Positions 1 to 14,220 of a stretch of 64,000 nucleotides of DNA are shown here, one piece after another (within the stretch, counting starts at the first letter, position 1; every line of letters begins with the position of its first letter). The notes under the pieces were generated by a model. That model worked only from the letters and a program-made list of their open reading frames with translations, ran no database searches and was not told where the DNA came from. The stretch is from the human T2T-CHM13v2.0 reference genome, Homo sapiens, in NCBI RefSeq assembly GCF_009914755.1, contig NC_060933.1. The stretch is one strand, 5' to 3'. Made by a program: the position numbers and the translations under genes.

Positions 1-477
1 TTTTATAAATACGTTTTGCAGATGGGAGAACAGAGACTCAAAGAATGTATGCACCTCTTTTGAGATAAACCTGTAACTGCCACTGTTGGATAAAAACCCA
101 GGTTGGTTGTCTCCAAAGCCCTTTATCTTTCAACTGTTGTAAGAAGAACTTATGGCAGGAAGTCATCCTGTACGGAGCAAAACCATGGCTCATGCAAACA
201 ATATCCCATCTACACGCATACACACTGGGAAAAAAAGTGAGTGTGTCAAGTAAAAGACATCCAGCTCCAAATCTTCTTCACCTGCAGTTTGTTCGAAGAT
301 GGATAATGAATATCATCTGAATTGCCAAAGAGCAAGAAGAGGGGGGAGACATCTGGCAGAGAAGAGGGATGATTCCAATTTGCTAGTTATTCTGGTGATG
401 ATTGCTCATGGGGCAGCCAGAACAGAAATATGGATATAAGCTTGAATTTGTTGATTTTAGTTGCAAAAGGGAACAGA

Positions 478-512
<35 letters not shown>

Positions 513-513
513 C
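478..513. repeat. (TG)n(CG)n microsatellite
   Basis: Direct reading. Confidence 0.95.
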
Positions 514-1379
514 TTTAAAAAGCAGATTGAAAGAGTCTTCTTACTCATAATAGTGTTTATGGGACATATTAGAATTCATAAAATGCTTTGTTCATTCTCT
601 GTTTTGTTGAATCCTTGCCATAGTCCAGTAAGGATAGCATAAATGTGGCAATTTTGTAGTGGAGGAAACTGTGCCCCAAATTCAGTCTCAGAAAGAATAA
701 AGCTTGCATTCACAAGCCAGTCTAAATGTCAGTCCTGTGCCACTTCATATTTGCCTGCAGTATTTCTAGATTTTGCTCCTCTGATAGTAAGTGTATAGGC
801 AACTAAATAAATTTACTTAAGACTTGGAAAGGAGATTCATCAGGACATGTCTAAGAAAAGAAAAGGAATAAAGTTTAATGTATACAAGTCAAAATAAATA
901 AAGTGATACGTCTTAGTAATGTAATATTAAATATAATTAGATTTCAAATAATTATGACATGACACTACTTTTATAAGTTTAGAAACAAAATCTAATAAGT
1001 ACACATACTTTTTAGGAATACACATAGATACAATAAAACCATATACTAAGAGAATCAAGGGAATGAAGAATATAGGATTTAGGGTGATGTTTACTCTGTG
1101 TGAGAGAAGAGAGGAGAAAGAGTTTGTAGAGGAACCATGGAGTTAGATGGTTATTATGGAAGTTCTAATTTTAGTTGTTAGAGGTGGTTTTAAATGTGAA
1201 TGCATACATTTAAAAAAATAACTAAATGGCTACTAAAATAAGTAAAAGTGAGTCGTGCAAAAACTAAGGATCAAAATATGTAATGAACCGTTAAGATTAA
1301 TTGTGTTCTGTTAACCTCTAGTCCAGTAAGTAAAAAACAGCAACAACAATAATATAGGTCTCTAAAAGACAGTTGCACC

Positions 1380-1674
1380 TGGCTTAATATAATGGGACTT
1401 ATTTCTCACATACAATATCAGGACGGTCCAGAGGTCCTCTTCTGTCCTATAGATGTGCCAACTGGATTATGTGTCATGTCAGGTAAGCGGAGGCAAAGAA
1501 GACAGAAGAAACACACTGACTTTTAACTACCTCAACCTGCAAATAACAAATGTCATTTCTGCTCTTAGTTCATTGGCCAAAACTAGCTATATGGCCTCAG
1601 ACTATTTGCTGGAGAAATTGGGTAATGCAGAGGAGGAAATGAAGATTTAGCAAGCACTATCTGTCCCTGCAACA
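1380..1674 (-). mobile_element. MLT1-type (ERVL-MaLR) LTR fragment
   Basis: catttctgctcttagttcattggccaaaactagctatatggcc motif. Confidence 0.55.
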
Positions 1675-1779
1675 CTTCTTTTATTTTTTATTTTTCTTGT
1701 TAGAGTAAAGATGAACAATTCTAGGTAAGATTCTATTTTTACCTATCCTTCTTGTGAGCTTTAAGAGACAGATTAGCTT

Positions 1780-1990
1780 CGTAAAAAGAGCTTGGGTTTG
1801 GTGTCAGATATATCTGGGTTTGACTCGTAACTCTCCTCTAAATGACTTAGGTGAACTTAAGCAAGTCGTATCTCTTCTCTGGCCTGTTTTCTTATATGCA
1901 AATTGGAGATAATAATCCAGATGTTGCAGGATTAGTGTAAGGCCAAGGTTGAAAGATGTCCACTAACATGTTGGAATCTCAGTAATTTAC
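1780..1990 (+). mobile_element. MIR SINE
   Basis: MIR core (ctctggcctgttttcttatatgcaaattggagataataat). Confidence 0.7.
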
Positions 1991-2317
1991 TAGTAATTAT
2001 TACCATGCAAAGCTGCTATGAGGTCATCGTTCGAGTTATTCAAATCTCAGTGTAGCTTTAGAGATTGTCAACAATATCTTCTTTCATCATTGCTTTAAAA
2101 TGAAGCCACAAAGCCCTTGGTAGTGTTGCTATCTTGAACAGAATCTGCCTAGAACTAGGAAGGTATCTATGTATACCAGAGGCCTGGTACAAGTGGGATA
2201 GTTGTATCTTTCTCTGGTCATAATGATGCTTAAGATTTGTATTCTCTGAGGAACAAGTAAACATAGTGGGTCCAGTATGGTCTTCATAAGACTCATGGGC
2301 ACTTTTTAGAAACTCTT

Positions 2318-2737
2318 TATATTAGTCAGGATAAACTAGGTTATGTGGCCATAACAAACATTCCTTAATGGCTTAACACCAGAGGTTTATGTCTTGCTTG
2401 CAAAAAGTTTACTGAAGATCTAGGAGACTTTCAAAGCCACTGGCTCTCCAAGTAGTGATTCAGTGGTCCATGTGTGAGCAGCTTCCTCTGTCCTGGAGCT
2501 AAACTATTTGGAAAATACAACCTGTTCAGTTGAAACGACAGGAGAAGAGGTCCTGGAGATTACGATTTGGCAATTGCTTTGGCCAGGAATTAACATTTAC
2601 CATTTCTGCACACAATGCATTGGTTAGAATTAGACGATGCTGCCTAGCTACAGGAGTGGTGGGGAAATAGAGTCCTTTCTTGTGCCCAGAAGAAAAAGCA
2701 AGCTAAATATGGGTGAGCACTGGAAGTGTCTGCCAGA
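2318..2737 (-). mobile_element. MLT1K/L-like LTR
   Basis: tatattagtcaggataaactaggttatg start; cttgtgcccagaagaa...gtctgccaga end. Confidence 0.65.
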
Positions 2738-3513
2738 CTCTGGTTCTCACTGATCCTCTGCCATAAATGGGCTGTCTTACATGGACAAGGGTACAGCAAG
2801 GTTGTCTATACATAGGACATGCTTCACAGTCCATATACATCAAGACTCCTTACTCTTTAAAATCTTTTGAGTGTTCTGCCTTCATGTTTTTGTTAATGTT
2901 GTTTCATTGTCCTAGAGTATACTTCCCTTCTATTTCTATATTTCCAAATTTTACCCACTTTTCAATGCTTCATCTCAAATGCCACCTCCTCTTTATCTCT
3001 TGCTGTGGTTATTTATTTATTTATTTTTATCTCTTCTACAGTATGTTATTAATCTCCTGAGATCCTCTGGCATGTTTATTTTTACCCCCTAAGTTTGTGT
3101 TCAAACATGTGAGTGAACCAAATTCAGAGTACTAAGAGCAACTTGTGAAACTTGGAATCACAGTCACAATCTTCATTCTGAGGATCAGGAAGTACAATTG
3201 TGTTCTTCACATGCTGTGAAGTTTGGCCTGCCCTCTGAACTCATAAAATTTGGCTGGAAATCGAGAAGAGTAAGAGCAGAGATGCAAATATGGCTTCCCC
3301 AAACCTCCTCAGGAGGATCTCTCCCTGGACTTAATGATGGCATTACCTCCTCAGGTCAGTCAATTTGTCTCGCTGGCTGGCTGTCTGTTCTGCGCCTGGG
3401 ACAAGGGACAATTGGTAGCCGCTGGGCCAGACGGTGAGACCTGGGTCTGCATCAAGGTAGCAGCTCCTGGCAATGGCAAAATTCCCTTTTGAAAGTGCTG
3501 TTGCTTAACCATC

Positions 3514-3883
3514 TGCAGTGGTCTGAATGTTTTTGGCCCTCCTAAATTCATATGTTGAAATCTTAAATCCCACGGCAATAGTAATAAAAGGTGGGGCCTT
3601 TAGGGGGTGATCAGATCATGAGGGTGGAGCACTCATGAATGGGATTAATGCCCTTGTAGAAGTAGCCAATGTGAGCTCATTTGTCTCTTCCACCACATGA
3701 GGACAAAATGAGAAGCTACCACCTATGACTCAGAAAGTGGGCCCTCATCAGAACCTGCCCATGCTGCCACACTGATCTTGAACTTCCCAGCCTTCAGAAC
3801 TCTGGGAAATAAATTTCTATTTTTTATAAGTAAGCTACTTAGTCTAAGGTATTTTGTTATAACAGCCCAAATGCACCAAGACA
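3514..3883 (+). mobile_element. MLT1A/MST-type MaLR solo LTR
   Basis: TG...CA ends, typical body, near-TSD CCATC/CCATT. Confidence 0.85.
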
Positions 3884-4204
3884 CCATTCATCTGAAACTT
3901 GGTTATGGATCATAGCCTGATCTGGTGTTTAAGCAGTTTGTTAAAGTAGGCAGTGTTCCTAGGTGTCTTACACTTCTGGGGTCAGACACTCTGGTGACTG
4001 TTCTCTTAAGACTTTTCTTAGGAGGTTCTTTTCAGCAGCATTTCTGATGATGAAAGCATTCCCACAGATCTACACATGGGAAGGGAAGCCCTACTTGTTC
4101 TATGCCCTTGTGAAATCCTGCTTTGTGAACAGCAGCTGCATGAATGTGTGCAAACCTAACCAAGCTTTCAGGACCAATACATGAAGGAACAAACACCCAT
4201 GGAA

Positions 4205-4380
4205 CTTCCCCAACATGCTGGGCACTGTGCCAGTGTGTTCGCATGCTTTCTTCTACTTAATCTTTACAACAGCCCTGTAAGGTAGCAATTACTCGCCCTA
4301 TTTTAGTAGGTAAAAAGAGACTGAGATTCAAAGAGCTAGCACCCGAGTCCCACAGGTTAGAAGGTACACCAGCTGGAGAG
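4205..4380 (-). mobile_element. MIR SINE
   Basis: taatctttacaacagccctgtaaggtag...ctgagattcaaagag. Confidence 0.7.
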
Positions 4381-5010
4381 ATGCATGAACCCTACATCAT
4401 GGCTCATGTGACCTTGGTGGACCATTATTACATTCTGGACTCAAATTTGTCCTCTGTTAGGCCAGTGGATGTGGTCAGGCTGGAATCCTGAAACTGGTCA
4501 CCCACTGGGCATCCCATCAGTTCTACCCCATCATCAGTGGGGTGCCTGCCTCTTTCATACTGTGACTTAGAGTCTGAGTGGAGAGCTTACCATGTTTACT
4601 ATGACTTTAGTGACAATCTTCCCAGGTGTTCAGTGCCTGATGGGATACAGAGACTACATATATATTATCTCAGTTAAGGCCCATAACCACATTAAATGCA
4701 GGCAGAAGTTAAACAGGAGGAAATTGTGGCTCAGAGCTAAGGCAAGAGTTCAAGGACACACAGTTGTTTGGGGGTGATGCTGGGATAAGAAAATCCTTCC
4801 ACTATCTAGGGACCCTCTGAGTAGCCACAGTCACAGTGATAAAAGCCAGAACAGAGGATGTAGACCCAGACAGTGATATTTGGGAGGGCCTATGCAAGAG
4901 TATCAGTTTCTCCTCTACTCCTTGGCTGTGAAATGGGAATAATAATTCTAATATTTCATGATGATTGTAAAGATGAAATAGGCATAATGTTGCATCAAAG
5001 CCCCAGCCCA

Positions 5011-5320
<310 letters not shown>

Positions 5321-7254
5321 AAAGCCCCAGCCCAGCTCAAAAAACCCCAAAACAAACAAACAAAAAAAGCCCCAGCCCAGCTCCTGGCCTATAGGAAAAT
5401 ACCTTAGCTAGCATGGGCTTAAATATTTGGTGACTATCCATCAAATGTGTACCCTGATCATTTCTGGAACATTGGAAACAGACTGCTTTGGGCTCTATTG
5501 GATGGGCCCTAATTCCTCGTCACATGTGACTCTGTGATGGGGTGGAAAATGATAAGGTAAGTGGAAGAAGGTTAGAGAAGGAACAAGTAAACCACTTAGG
5601 GCTGTCCTTGCTTCTCTTTTATTTCTTCTTTGTGCAGTGGTTTGCACGGCGGCCATGGAGGGAGAAGAGAATTCATTCACGGCTTTGTCAGCATTTTGCC
5701 CTCCTCCAGAGAAGGGTGGGCTTTGCCAGAGCCTTGGGAAGCAGAACCCCTGGGCCTTCTGGGTAATGGGTGTATTTAAGTATGTATCTGGCTTTTCACA
5801 GCCAGCTGACTGATAAAAAGGACCTTGATAGCAAACCCACCCCAGCACTGGGTAGTTAAATGGCACTTTCAGCTGAGCTCATTTCTGGCACCAGAAACAG
5901 AGGATCATAAACCAGAACTCTAACCTTAAGATGGATTCTATTTGCGAGATACGAATGGTGGTTTCTAAGCCTTGAGCAGTGTTAAGCACCCCTGTTTCCA
6001 GGAGAAGTTTTGTTCAAGGCTGCAGTGGTCAAGGCTGCGTGGTGCTTCCCTGTTTGCATAGCAGGCTTCTTCGCATAAACACTTTGACCTCCTGGCAGCT
6101 CTGCAAGGTAGATAAGCTTGTCAGAGATTACCACTTGATTTTCTCCAAGAGGAAACTGAGGCTCAGTGAGGGCCAGGGCTTTGTTGGAGCTTGCACAGCT
6201 AGATCTGACCTTCTGCTATAAGACCCCTGGACTAGAATTTCTTCCTCTCATGATTTTGTTCACAGAATATAATTCCAGGAGGTTTTCTCACCTTTAATCA
6301 GTACTCTTGGACCTGGTAATCTAAAATGGGAAGTTGAGGCTTTAGAGAGATTACATTCCCTGCCCCAAACCACACAGCTAGTAAACAGCAAATCCAGGAT
6401 TAAAATCCTGATTTCTGCATCTCAGTTCTTAATTGCTATGTCTGTGTTTCTCAAACAAGGATTATCATGATCCATTCTCAGAGAGCCACATGTTACAAAG
6501 TTTCAAAAATTTACATTTTTATTTTGATAACAATCTTTAATCTCATTTTGCCTATTATACATTAACAACTACTTTTAAAAATGTTGGTTAATAATTTGAA
6601 ATGGAAAGACTTATTTTAAATGCATAAAACAAGATAGTCCTTGTTTCAGTTTGCAGATCCTGAAGTGGATGGAGACTGTGTCTCACGTCTGAGGTCACTT
6701 TCTAGGGTTCTATGAGGTTTTCTTTCCATATGAAAAAGTTTATATATTACACAAGTTTGAAGAATCTGAGCTGTGATTCACAGCTTCCCTATTGAGTTGT
6801 AGAAACATTTCTGCATTCTCTCCTTGAAGTCTGTGAGTGATTATTACAATCATTTTGCAGATGAGGAATCTGAAGAGAGGTTTAGATTTGTACCCAAGCT
6901 CACAAACCTAGGAACTCACTGATTCCAGCTTCAAACCATGCCTTGTGACATCCATCCAGGTTACCTGCTAAGAAAATGAGAAATTCAGGTTTTTAGCCAG
7001 AGGGTGACTAAATGTCTCTGATTTCTCCCTAAAAGATCTAGAGGAACATGGATTCAAAATGGGTAGAATCAGAGCTGAGGAATGTGACAAATGTCCTCTC
7101 CGTCAATGGGGGTCCTCCTAGCAGGAACACAAAATGATGTTTATCCCATTTGCTTTGGCCCTTCACCTGTCTGAGCCATCTCCATCTCAAGGCTTCTACA
7201 AGGTGATAATTCCCAAATTCCATTGCAATGTTTATGATTCTGCAGCCAAAGCAC

Positions 7255-7442
7255 TCAGTGTTCAGCTTTAAGCAAAGAATTGCAAATATTCACATCAATT
7301 TTCTTATCTGGACCGGTTCTCCCACCGCCTCCTGCATGTGGTCTTCACATGGCTTTTATGAATGCATGAAGTCTGTTCCAGCTTGTTCTAGTGTTGCAGT
7401 GTTTTAACTGCCATAATACAGTGGTATCAACAGATAAATTAA
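7255..7442 (-). pseudogene. CATSPERG-like terminal exon remnant
   Basis: VLWQLKHCNTRTSWNRLHAFI ~ [21 protein letters not shown] (post-TM tail). Confidence 0.45.
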
Positions 7443-8779
7443 CTAGATATGTTGAAAAAATTATGGGCAAGAATCCTGTTCTCCTCACTCAGCCTAATTC
7501 ATCCACAGGGAGAATCTGCCGTGGGAGTTGCGGGGAGAAGATCTCTATGAAGTACAGACCAGAGAAATAAGCCAGTCCAATGATTCTATTATTCCTAAAG
7601 TTCTGGACTGTTTTCACTTAAATCAGTGGCAGTTTTCTCTAAAGTTGCCCCCTCTCTGAACCTGGCAGTTTCTCCTTTAGAGTGTTTGCAGAGCTGCTTT
7701 CAATGGGACTTTCTGCTGTGAATCATGGCAGTTCAGGTTGCCGACTCATAATATTTTTCTATCGCTAAGGATGTCCTTGTCCAGATCTCAGATTGACTCT
7801 TCTCACTTCCCGAAAGGAGACAGTTTCTAAAGAACTATTAGAGTACTCACCACAAAAGGCCTTTTCTCCCCCCACCCCGCCCCCCACATTCCAGCATCCA
7901 GTGTTTTCCCCTTTGCTTCATTCTCAGCATCTTATTTAAAGTTGGGGGAACATGTGCTTTTGGGAAATAAGCTCCGTAATCCTTGGTCCCTGAAGTGATT
8001 TTCAATAGGAAATCTGAATTCCTGCTCCATGTAAAATGGGTCTCAGATGCCGAGAAATTAGTATTTGAGTGTAATTTATGATTTACTTTTCATAAATCAG
8101 TGCTATTTTGCCTACAAATCATTTGGAAAATGTTACGGCTTTATAAAGTATGAGTCAGAGCAGGAAATACTGATTGGAAATCGAGGCTTATATGTTGATC
8201 CCTGGTCCTGTCACCAAGTAGTCACACGATTTTGGCGAGTTGCCCCAAGACTTTGAGTTTCACAGGGGGTTGTACAATTATTAAATTACATTTTTTGATG
8301 ATTAATTCATTAGTTTAATACATATTTATTGCCTGGCAACTCTGCCAAGGCATCATGCCGGTCCTTTCCAATTCTTACATGTTATAAAAATCCAGGCTGA
8401 TGATGGGTTACATTCTTCCAGGATGGATTTGACAGAAAGGGGGTATGATTCTAGGAGTCAGAAAGATTATTTTATTTGATTTTTTCACTACCTCAGCAGA
8501 GTAGTAGCTCCATTTTGTAAAGGAGTAAATGAGCTCAGAGGTTGAAGGACATACAGGAGGTTGCATTTCTTCTAGGTGGTAGAGTCTGGCCTGAAACTTA
8601 GGTTTGCCTGGTTCTTTCTCTAGGAGTTGCTGACTTCCTAGAATAACCCAATTTTATGTCCATTCTTAGTATTTTCCAACGAGAAACTTGGGACACACTT
8701 TGTTTTCTAGTAAAAATGGAGATTGGATTGTGCGCTCTGATTGATTTAGCTGCTTTCTCTAATCAGGACAGATTCCTTC

Positions 8780-9203
8780 TGGTGTGGTTTTGATCTGTGC
8801 CCCACCCAAATCTCATGCTGAATTGTAATCCCCAGTGCTGGAGGTTGGGCCTAGTGGGATGTGATTGGATCTTGGGAGTGGATCCTTCATGAATGTTTTA
8901 GCACCATCCGTTTGGTGCTGTTCTCATGACCGTGAGTGAGTTCTCACAAGATCTGGTGGCTTAAAAGTGTGCAGCATCTCCCCCATCTCTTTCTTTCTCC
9001 TACTCTGGCCATGTGAGGTGCTGGCTTCCCCTTCACCTTCTTCCATGATTGTAAGTTTCCTGAGGCTTCCCTAGAAGCTGAGAAAATGCTAGCATCATGT
9101 ATCCTGCATGCCTGCAGGACCATGAGCCAATTAAACCTCTTTTCTTTTTAAATTACCCAGGCTCAGGTATTTCTTTATAGCAGGGCAAGAATGAACCAAT
9201 ATG
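8780..9203 (+). mobile_element. MSTA/MSTB MaLR solo LTR
   Basis: Typical MST body; perfect 5-bp TSD CCTTC. Confidence 0.92.
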
Positions 9204-9369
9204 CCTTCCTACACCGAGAGTGGAGCTACACACAGTTCTCTGCATGGGCAGAACAGAGTGGCTGATGGACCCCCTGGGGTATGAGATCAGGTTCTCCAGG
9301 ATGCTTGTACATCAGCAGAAACATATGTTGGAGATGGCCCTAAAGTTTGGAGTCCATCACAATCTCTAC

Positions 9370-9487
9370 CCTGCCTTTCAGGCACAGAAAACCTGGTAGA
9401 AGTGTACGAATGCCCAAAAGAGAATTATTCACAAATCAGGCAGTCAGGCCCCAAGAAAGTAAGTTAGCAATGGTGCTGGTCTGTCAC
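9370..9487 (-). pseudogene. CATSPERG-like exon remnant 17
   Basis: tttcAG|VTDQHHC*LTFL ~ VDTSTYCNYQLTFL, followed by a degraded hydrophobic segment. Confidence 0.55.
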
Positions 9488-9639
9488 CTGAAACTCTGCA
9501 CTTCTTAGCATTCTTTAAATATATGTGTAAGTAAGAGACAGTGGCAAGTTAATGGCTTTGAGTTCAAGAGAGAAGGCTTTAAAATGCTGGACTTCAGATG
9601 ACTAAATACATAGCAATAAGTTTTAATGAAGGAAAGAGA

Positions 9640-10148
9640 AAACACTCTGGGAATTTTAAGCAGGATAGAGTTTAATATTGATAACTGCATGCTTATAAAA
9701 TAGTTGTAAAGGCTGAATAGGACAGGCTTCTTGGGTGCTTTCCAAGAAATACAGAACTGACCTACCAGGGGAGCTACTACTTCTGAGTGTGCCACTAGCA
9801 CTGGGTAGATTTTGAATGGAAGGCACCACCATTGCAACCCCTGGACAGCAGGGAGCAGGAGGATGGATACTCCAAGCTGTAATTCATGGATCAGGAAGTC
9901 AGATCAGGAAGCCGGCACTACCACCACTGTTTGTCTGTACACAGGACCCTGGAAAATGAACAGTGCAGTGTGCTGCAAGAAAAACACAACTTTTCCAAGC
10001 AGTAGTGACAACCAGAAGTCAAGGCGATGGCCTCTGCCTTACTTCTTTTTTTCAACAAATGAATGCATCAAATTGGGTCTCCAACCTCTTCATTTATGAA
10101 AATGGTGAAAATGAAGGCTGAGGTGGTCAGTGCAAGTATCTACTGCAA
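9640..10148 (-). mobile_element. Old MaLR/ERVL LTR remnant
   Basis: Recalled similarity to old MLT1 subfamilies; boundaries approximate. Confidence 0.35.
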
Positions 10149-10169
10149 TGGGGAAAACTCATTCTTCAC

Positions 10170-10337
10170 AGAGATTGTTTTCTAGCATTACTTAAAACTC
10201 CAAGGGTAGAAGAACTTCCTCCAAAAACGCAAAGTAAAACAAAACAAGACCACTTAATATTCTTTTTACACCATTAGGAGTAGAGGTTATCCCAGTAACG
10301 GAGGCATTCATCTTCAGGGATTTATATTCTCTTTGTT
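10170..10337 (-). pseudogene. CATSPERG-like exon remnant 16
   Basis: NIKWSCFVLLC ~ GIEWLCLENAPC; (fs) LLPLEF*VMLENN ~ FAPEFFFKVLVSNR; AG/GT flanked. Confidence 0.6.
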
Positions 10338-10685
10338 CTATTCAGAAAGGGCTGAGCCAAGTGTGTCCAACTTAGGGTTCAGTTCCTTCCTCTGTTTGAA
10401 CCCCACCCAGCTGATGTCCAATACCACTATTTCTAGTAGGAAATTTTCTTATTAAAAAAAGTTGTGTCCAATGGGAAAAGTGGTAGTTCCATCTCCTTAC
10501 TGGAACAATAGATGGCAAATGTACATTGAGTTTCATTTACAGCAGACCCTGAGCACCAACTCTATTTTAAGGCCTGAGCTGGCCACTGGGCATATGGAGG
10601 TGAATGAGACACTGCCAAACAGGAGAGCCAGGTGAGTAAACAGATCATTACATGATGGAGGTAAGCCAGGGAGGGTGAAGGCGTA

Positions 10686-10863
10686 CGAATAAACCTCGAA
10701 ATACAGTTATCGAATAAACAGATAACATCGGAGAAACAAGACTCTGTAACTCTTCTTTGTGCAGCCAGTCTGCGTAGTTGCCTGCATAGTCCACACATTA
10801 ACACAAAAGAGTCTATTTTTCCTGGTGGCAATGGTTCTGAAGATCAGGGTACTCTGATAATTC
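10686..10863 (-). pseudogene. CATSPERG-like exon remnant 15
   Basis: STLIFRTIATRKNRLF ~ PFFLIQDLVTGDSGSF; (fs) LHKEELQSLVSPMLSVYSI ~ YSEDEIYRFNSPLDKTNSL. Confidence 0.55.
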
Positions 10864-10870
10864 CTTGGGG

Positions 10871-11021
10871 TTGGCAGCTTCTGAAATGGCTCGCAGTGAT
10901 CCCCGCTTCCTGGTATTCAAGCTTTGTGTAAATTCCTCTCCTTGAGAACTGACTGGACATGGTGATTTCCTTCTAACAAAAAAATATGGGAAAAGTGATG
11001 GGATTCTGAGATTAGGTTACA
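10871..11021 (+). mobile_element. MLT1F-like LTR 5' fragment
   Basis: gatccccgcttcctggtattca...gagattaggttaca. Confidence 0.7.
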
Positions 11022-11215
11022 GTCCAAAACGTGGAAGTGCCGATGTTGAGAAACTCTGGGCTAGAAGTTGGTCTTCCCCGGTTATTCCCCTGGTCTCCCT
11101 GATTGATCAGATTCCAGATGTTTCCTCTGACTTTTCTGCTTGAAGCCACTTGGATGAACCATCCATGCTATTTAGCACACCCTACCCTCACACCTTCAAA
11201 CACATGTACCACCCC

Positions 11216-11578
11216 TGCTACAGACTGAATGTATTCCCTAAAATTCATATGTTGACACCTAAACCCCAGTGTGATGGTATTAGGAGGTGAGGCTTTCTGG
11301 AGGTGATTAGGTCATGAGGTAAAGGCTTAATGACTAAGATTAGTATCTTATAAGAGGTCCCAGAGAGCTCCGTTATCTCTTCCACTCTTGCCCCTTTCAC
11401 CCCTTCCACTCGTGAGAAGGCACCATCTGTAAACGAGGAAGCAGGCCTTCACCAGACCCCAAATCTGCTGGCACCTTGATCTTGACTTCCCAACCTGCAG
11501 AACTGTGAGAATTTCTGTCATTTATAAGCCACTCAGTTTATGGTATTTTTGTCATAGCAGCCCAAAGGGACTAAGCCA
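11216..11578 (+). mobile_element. MLT1A0-like MaLR solo LTR
   Basis: TG...CA ends, perfect TSD ACCCC. Confidence 0.9.
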
Positions 11579-12829
11579 ACCCCCACTAGACAGCCTGGCT
11601 CCACAAGGGCATCATCTCTGACCAGTGTTTGCCAATATTGCCTGTTCCACGCAGTCACTCCTCTTTTTCTGTCTTTCTTGGGATCTCAGGGGCACAGAGT
11701 GGTGGAGGCCACATCCCAGTCTGTGAGTTAGTCCATCAAAAGTCAGTCCCTTAGCGAAGATCTGTTTTCACTTAGTCCCACGCATCACAGTGGCAACAAC
11801 TCAGCCCTACTGAGAAATCTGCTGACAGTTTTGGATAAGGACAAATACATTTTCTGGAAGAACACAATGGAGGCAGGTTTTCTGGAGACACCAGAAAGAC
11901 AAATATAAGAATGCTAAAAAAAAAAAAAAAAAAAAAAAGGAAACACATACTAATAGGAACACTGAAAACAACTTTTTTTGTTTGTGTTTTTGGAAGAGCA
12001 GAGACATCATTGTTACTTTTGTCATTTCTTTTTGTTTCTTCTGAAAGCATTAACTCTGAGAAGAATGACTTTTGCCAAAAACCACCCCCACTAGGGGACA
12101 GACACGACAGGCCTACTCTACATGGGGTGATCTGGAGGGAGGGAGGGAGCCATGGACCCAAACGGAAGGATTTGAGTCCATGGCCCTGAGAGAAAGCCTG
12201 TTTTTTTGTTACTGGGAAATATGTTCTGTTCTAAGACTTCTTTCCAAAGGTTTTTCAGAGCCAGAGTCTTGCTTTTCTTTTCCCCTCCTGAGAGTAAATG
12301 AGGCAGCCACTGTGTATCTGAGAAGCATCTAGTCTATGCTGTATGGTGAGTTCATGTCCTTCCTCCATGTCTGAGTGGCTCTTCACCATTGATACCTTAT
12401 CTGTCCAGTTCAGGACCTGAGAAGTGGAGCATGGAGAAGGTCCCACCAAAAAGCAAGCTGTTTGTTCTGACACAGAGACTCAGTCCTGAGTCCCTGCTGC
12501 TTTCCCCACTCTGGGAAGGCAGAGTAGAAAACCAGAAAGTTCTGGGCAACTTCTTTGGCTTTATTTATTCTTTTATTTAATAAACATCAAAAGCCTAATA
12601 TATGTCAGGTTCTATGCTAGATGGCAGAGGCCCATACATGGGTCAGACACAATCTGTAACCTCTGAAAGTTCATGGTCTTTGGGATGGGGTGGGGGTGTG
12701 AACGAGGGGTGCTAGATAATGAGCAATGACAGTATGGGGGATGAGGTGGCCTCCTAGAGCAGGTGACCATGAGTGCAGGTGCTAGGCTCTTGGTTCCTCC
12801 TCTTGTCTGTTCTTCTTGAGCACTTGAAA

Positions 12830-13152
12830 AAAAAAGTTATGGTATTCTTGCATTCTGACATTTTTTACTAAAAATACACATACATGTACTCTTAAATATA
12901 CTCTTAAACCACTGTTTGTAGTGTCACAAAAACTGGCAAATAAGGTAATTTCCAAATAACGTATCATACATTCATCTTAGGGGATATTTTGCAGCGATTT
13001 AAAAGAATATAAAAGAGTGAATGAAGCTTTATAAGATAACTTGGAGGAGTTGTCTGTGAGCTATTGGTGAATGAGAAAAGTAAGATAAGCAAATGTGTAA
13101 TATGCTGCTTTTTTTTGTAAAACAACAATAAAAATATGATGTATGACATATA

Positions 13153-13196
<44 letters not shown>

Positions 13197-13235
13197 TATA
13201 CAGGTATCTAAAGAAATCCAAAGAAGAATGCACAT
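12830..13235 (+). mobile_element. L1ME-type 3' fragment containing (TA)n at ~13157-13192
   Basis: Old L1 3' UTR motifs. Confidence 0.55.
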
Positions 13236-13241
13236 AGGTTA

Positions 13242-13718
13242 TGTTGGATATTTTCTTTTTGCCTCCCAAATTCACTCCCTGCCCTGCCCCAGCCGGTGGT
13301 GTGCCTGGAACCTGACCTTTATGTGCTGCATTCACAGCCCAATATACCCTTTGGTTTCTGGTTGGTTTCATGAATGGAATTACCAGTAGGAGATGAGAAG
13401 GAGGGAAGGGCATGGGAAAAGGGTGTTTTCCTCTTACTCCTTCCTGCCAGTGACGGTGGCACCGGGTAGCTGCCTCTCCTTTACTGAAGTCCACAGCTCC
13501 AGATCGGGGGGGCCTCCATATGACCACTCTCTTCCTGTTGTATAATCTTTATCTTTGGCCCTTCAGGTCTAAAGGGCGATTTGCTGTGGCTTCAGCATCT
13601 TTTGCTAGTTTTTCTTAACCTGCGCTCACTTTGAAAATTGTCTCTTTATTAAAATCTCCTTGAGCGCTGTCTGAGTGCACCACACCATCTGTTTCCTGCA
13701 ATGAGCCTGTCTGATAGG
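13242..13718 (+). mobile_element. LTR33-like (ERVL) LTR
   Basis: ggtttctggttggttt...ctttattaaaatctcc...catctgtttcctgc. Confidence 0.7.
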
Positions 13719-13906
13719 GTTGTTGATGTGTTATCTCTCGGGGAGGGACTGTGGAGATGAGAGACAGTGATAGAGGGGAGAAGAGGGGAGACTGGGGAGC
13801 CAAGCCAAAAAAGAAAAAATTGCACCTATGAAGTCAAATAAATGTATGTATATGCATGGACATGAATGGGATGAAATTAAATAAATTTTTTAAAAAGGAG
13901 AGGACC

Positions 13907-14220
13907 GGTCAGGCATGGTGGCTCACACTTGTAATACCAGCACTTTGGGAAGCAGAGGCAGGTGGATCACTTGAGCTCAGGAGTTTTAGACCAGCCTGGG
14001 CAACACGGTGAAACCTCATCTCTACAAAAAATACAAAAATTAGCCAGGCGTGGTGGCACGGGCCTATAGTTCCAGCTACTTGGGAGTCTGAGGTGGGAGG
14101 AGGCTTGGGCCCAGGAGGCGAAGGTTGCAGTGAGCTGAGAGTGTGCCACTGCACTCTAGCCCAAGTGGCAGAGACAGACCCTGCCTGAGAAAAAAAAAAA
14201 AGAACTAAAAAAAAAAAAAA
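13907..14220 (+). mobile_element. AluJb
   Basis: Full dimer plus A tail. Confidence 0.93.

Noticed and set aside
10220-10262. ILSGLVLFYFAF resembling the CATSPERG TM helix
   Set aside because: The overlapping frame (NIKWSC) and the downstream F*VMLEN fit the colinear order better; probably a T-rich coincidence.
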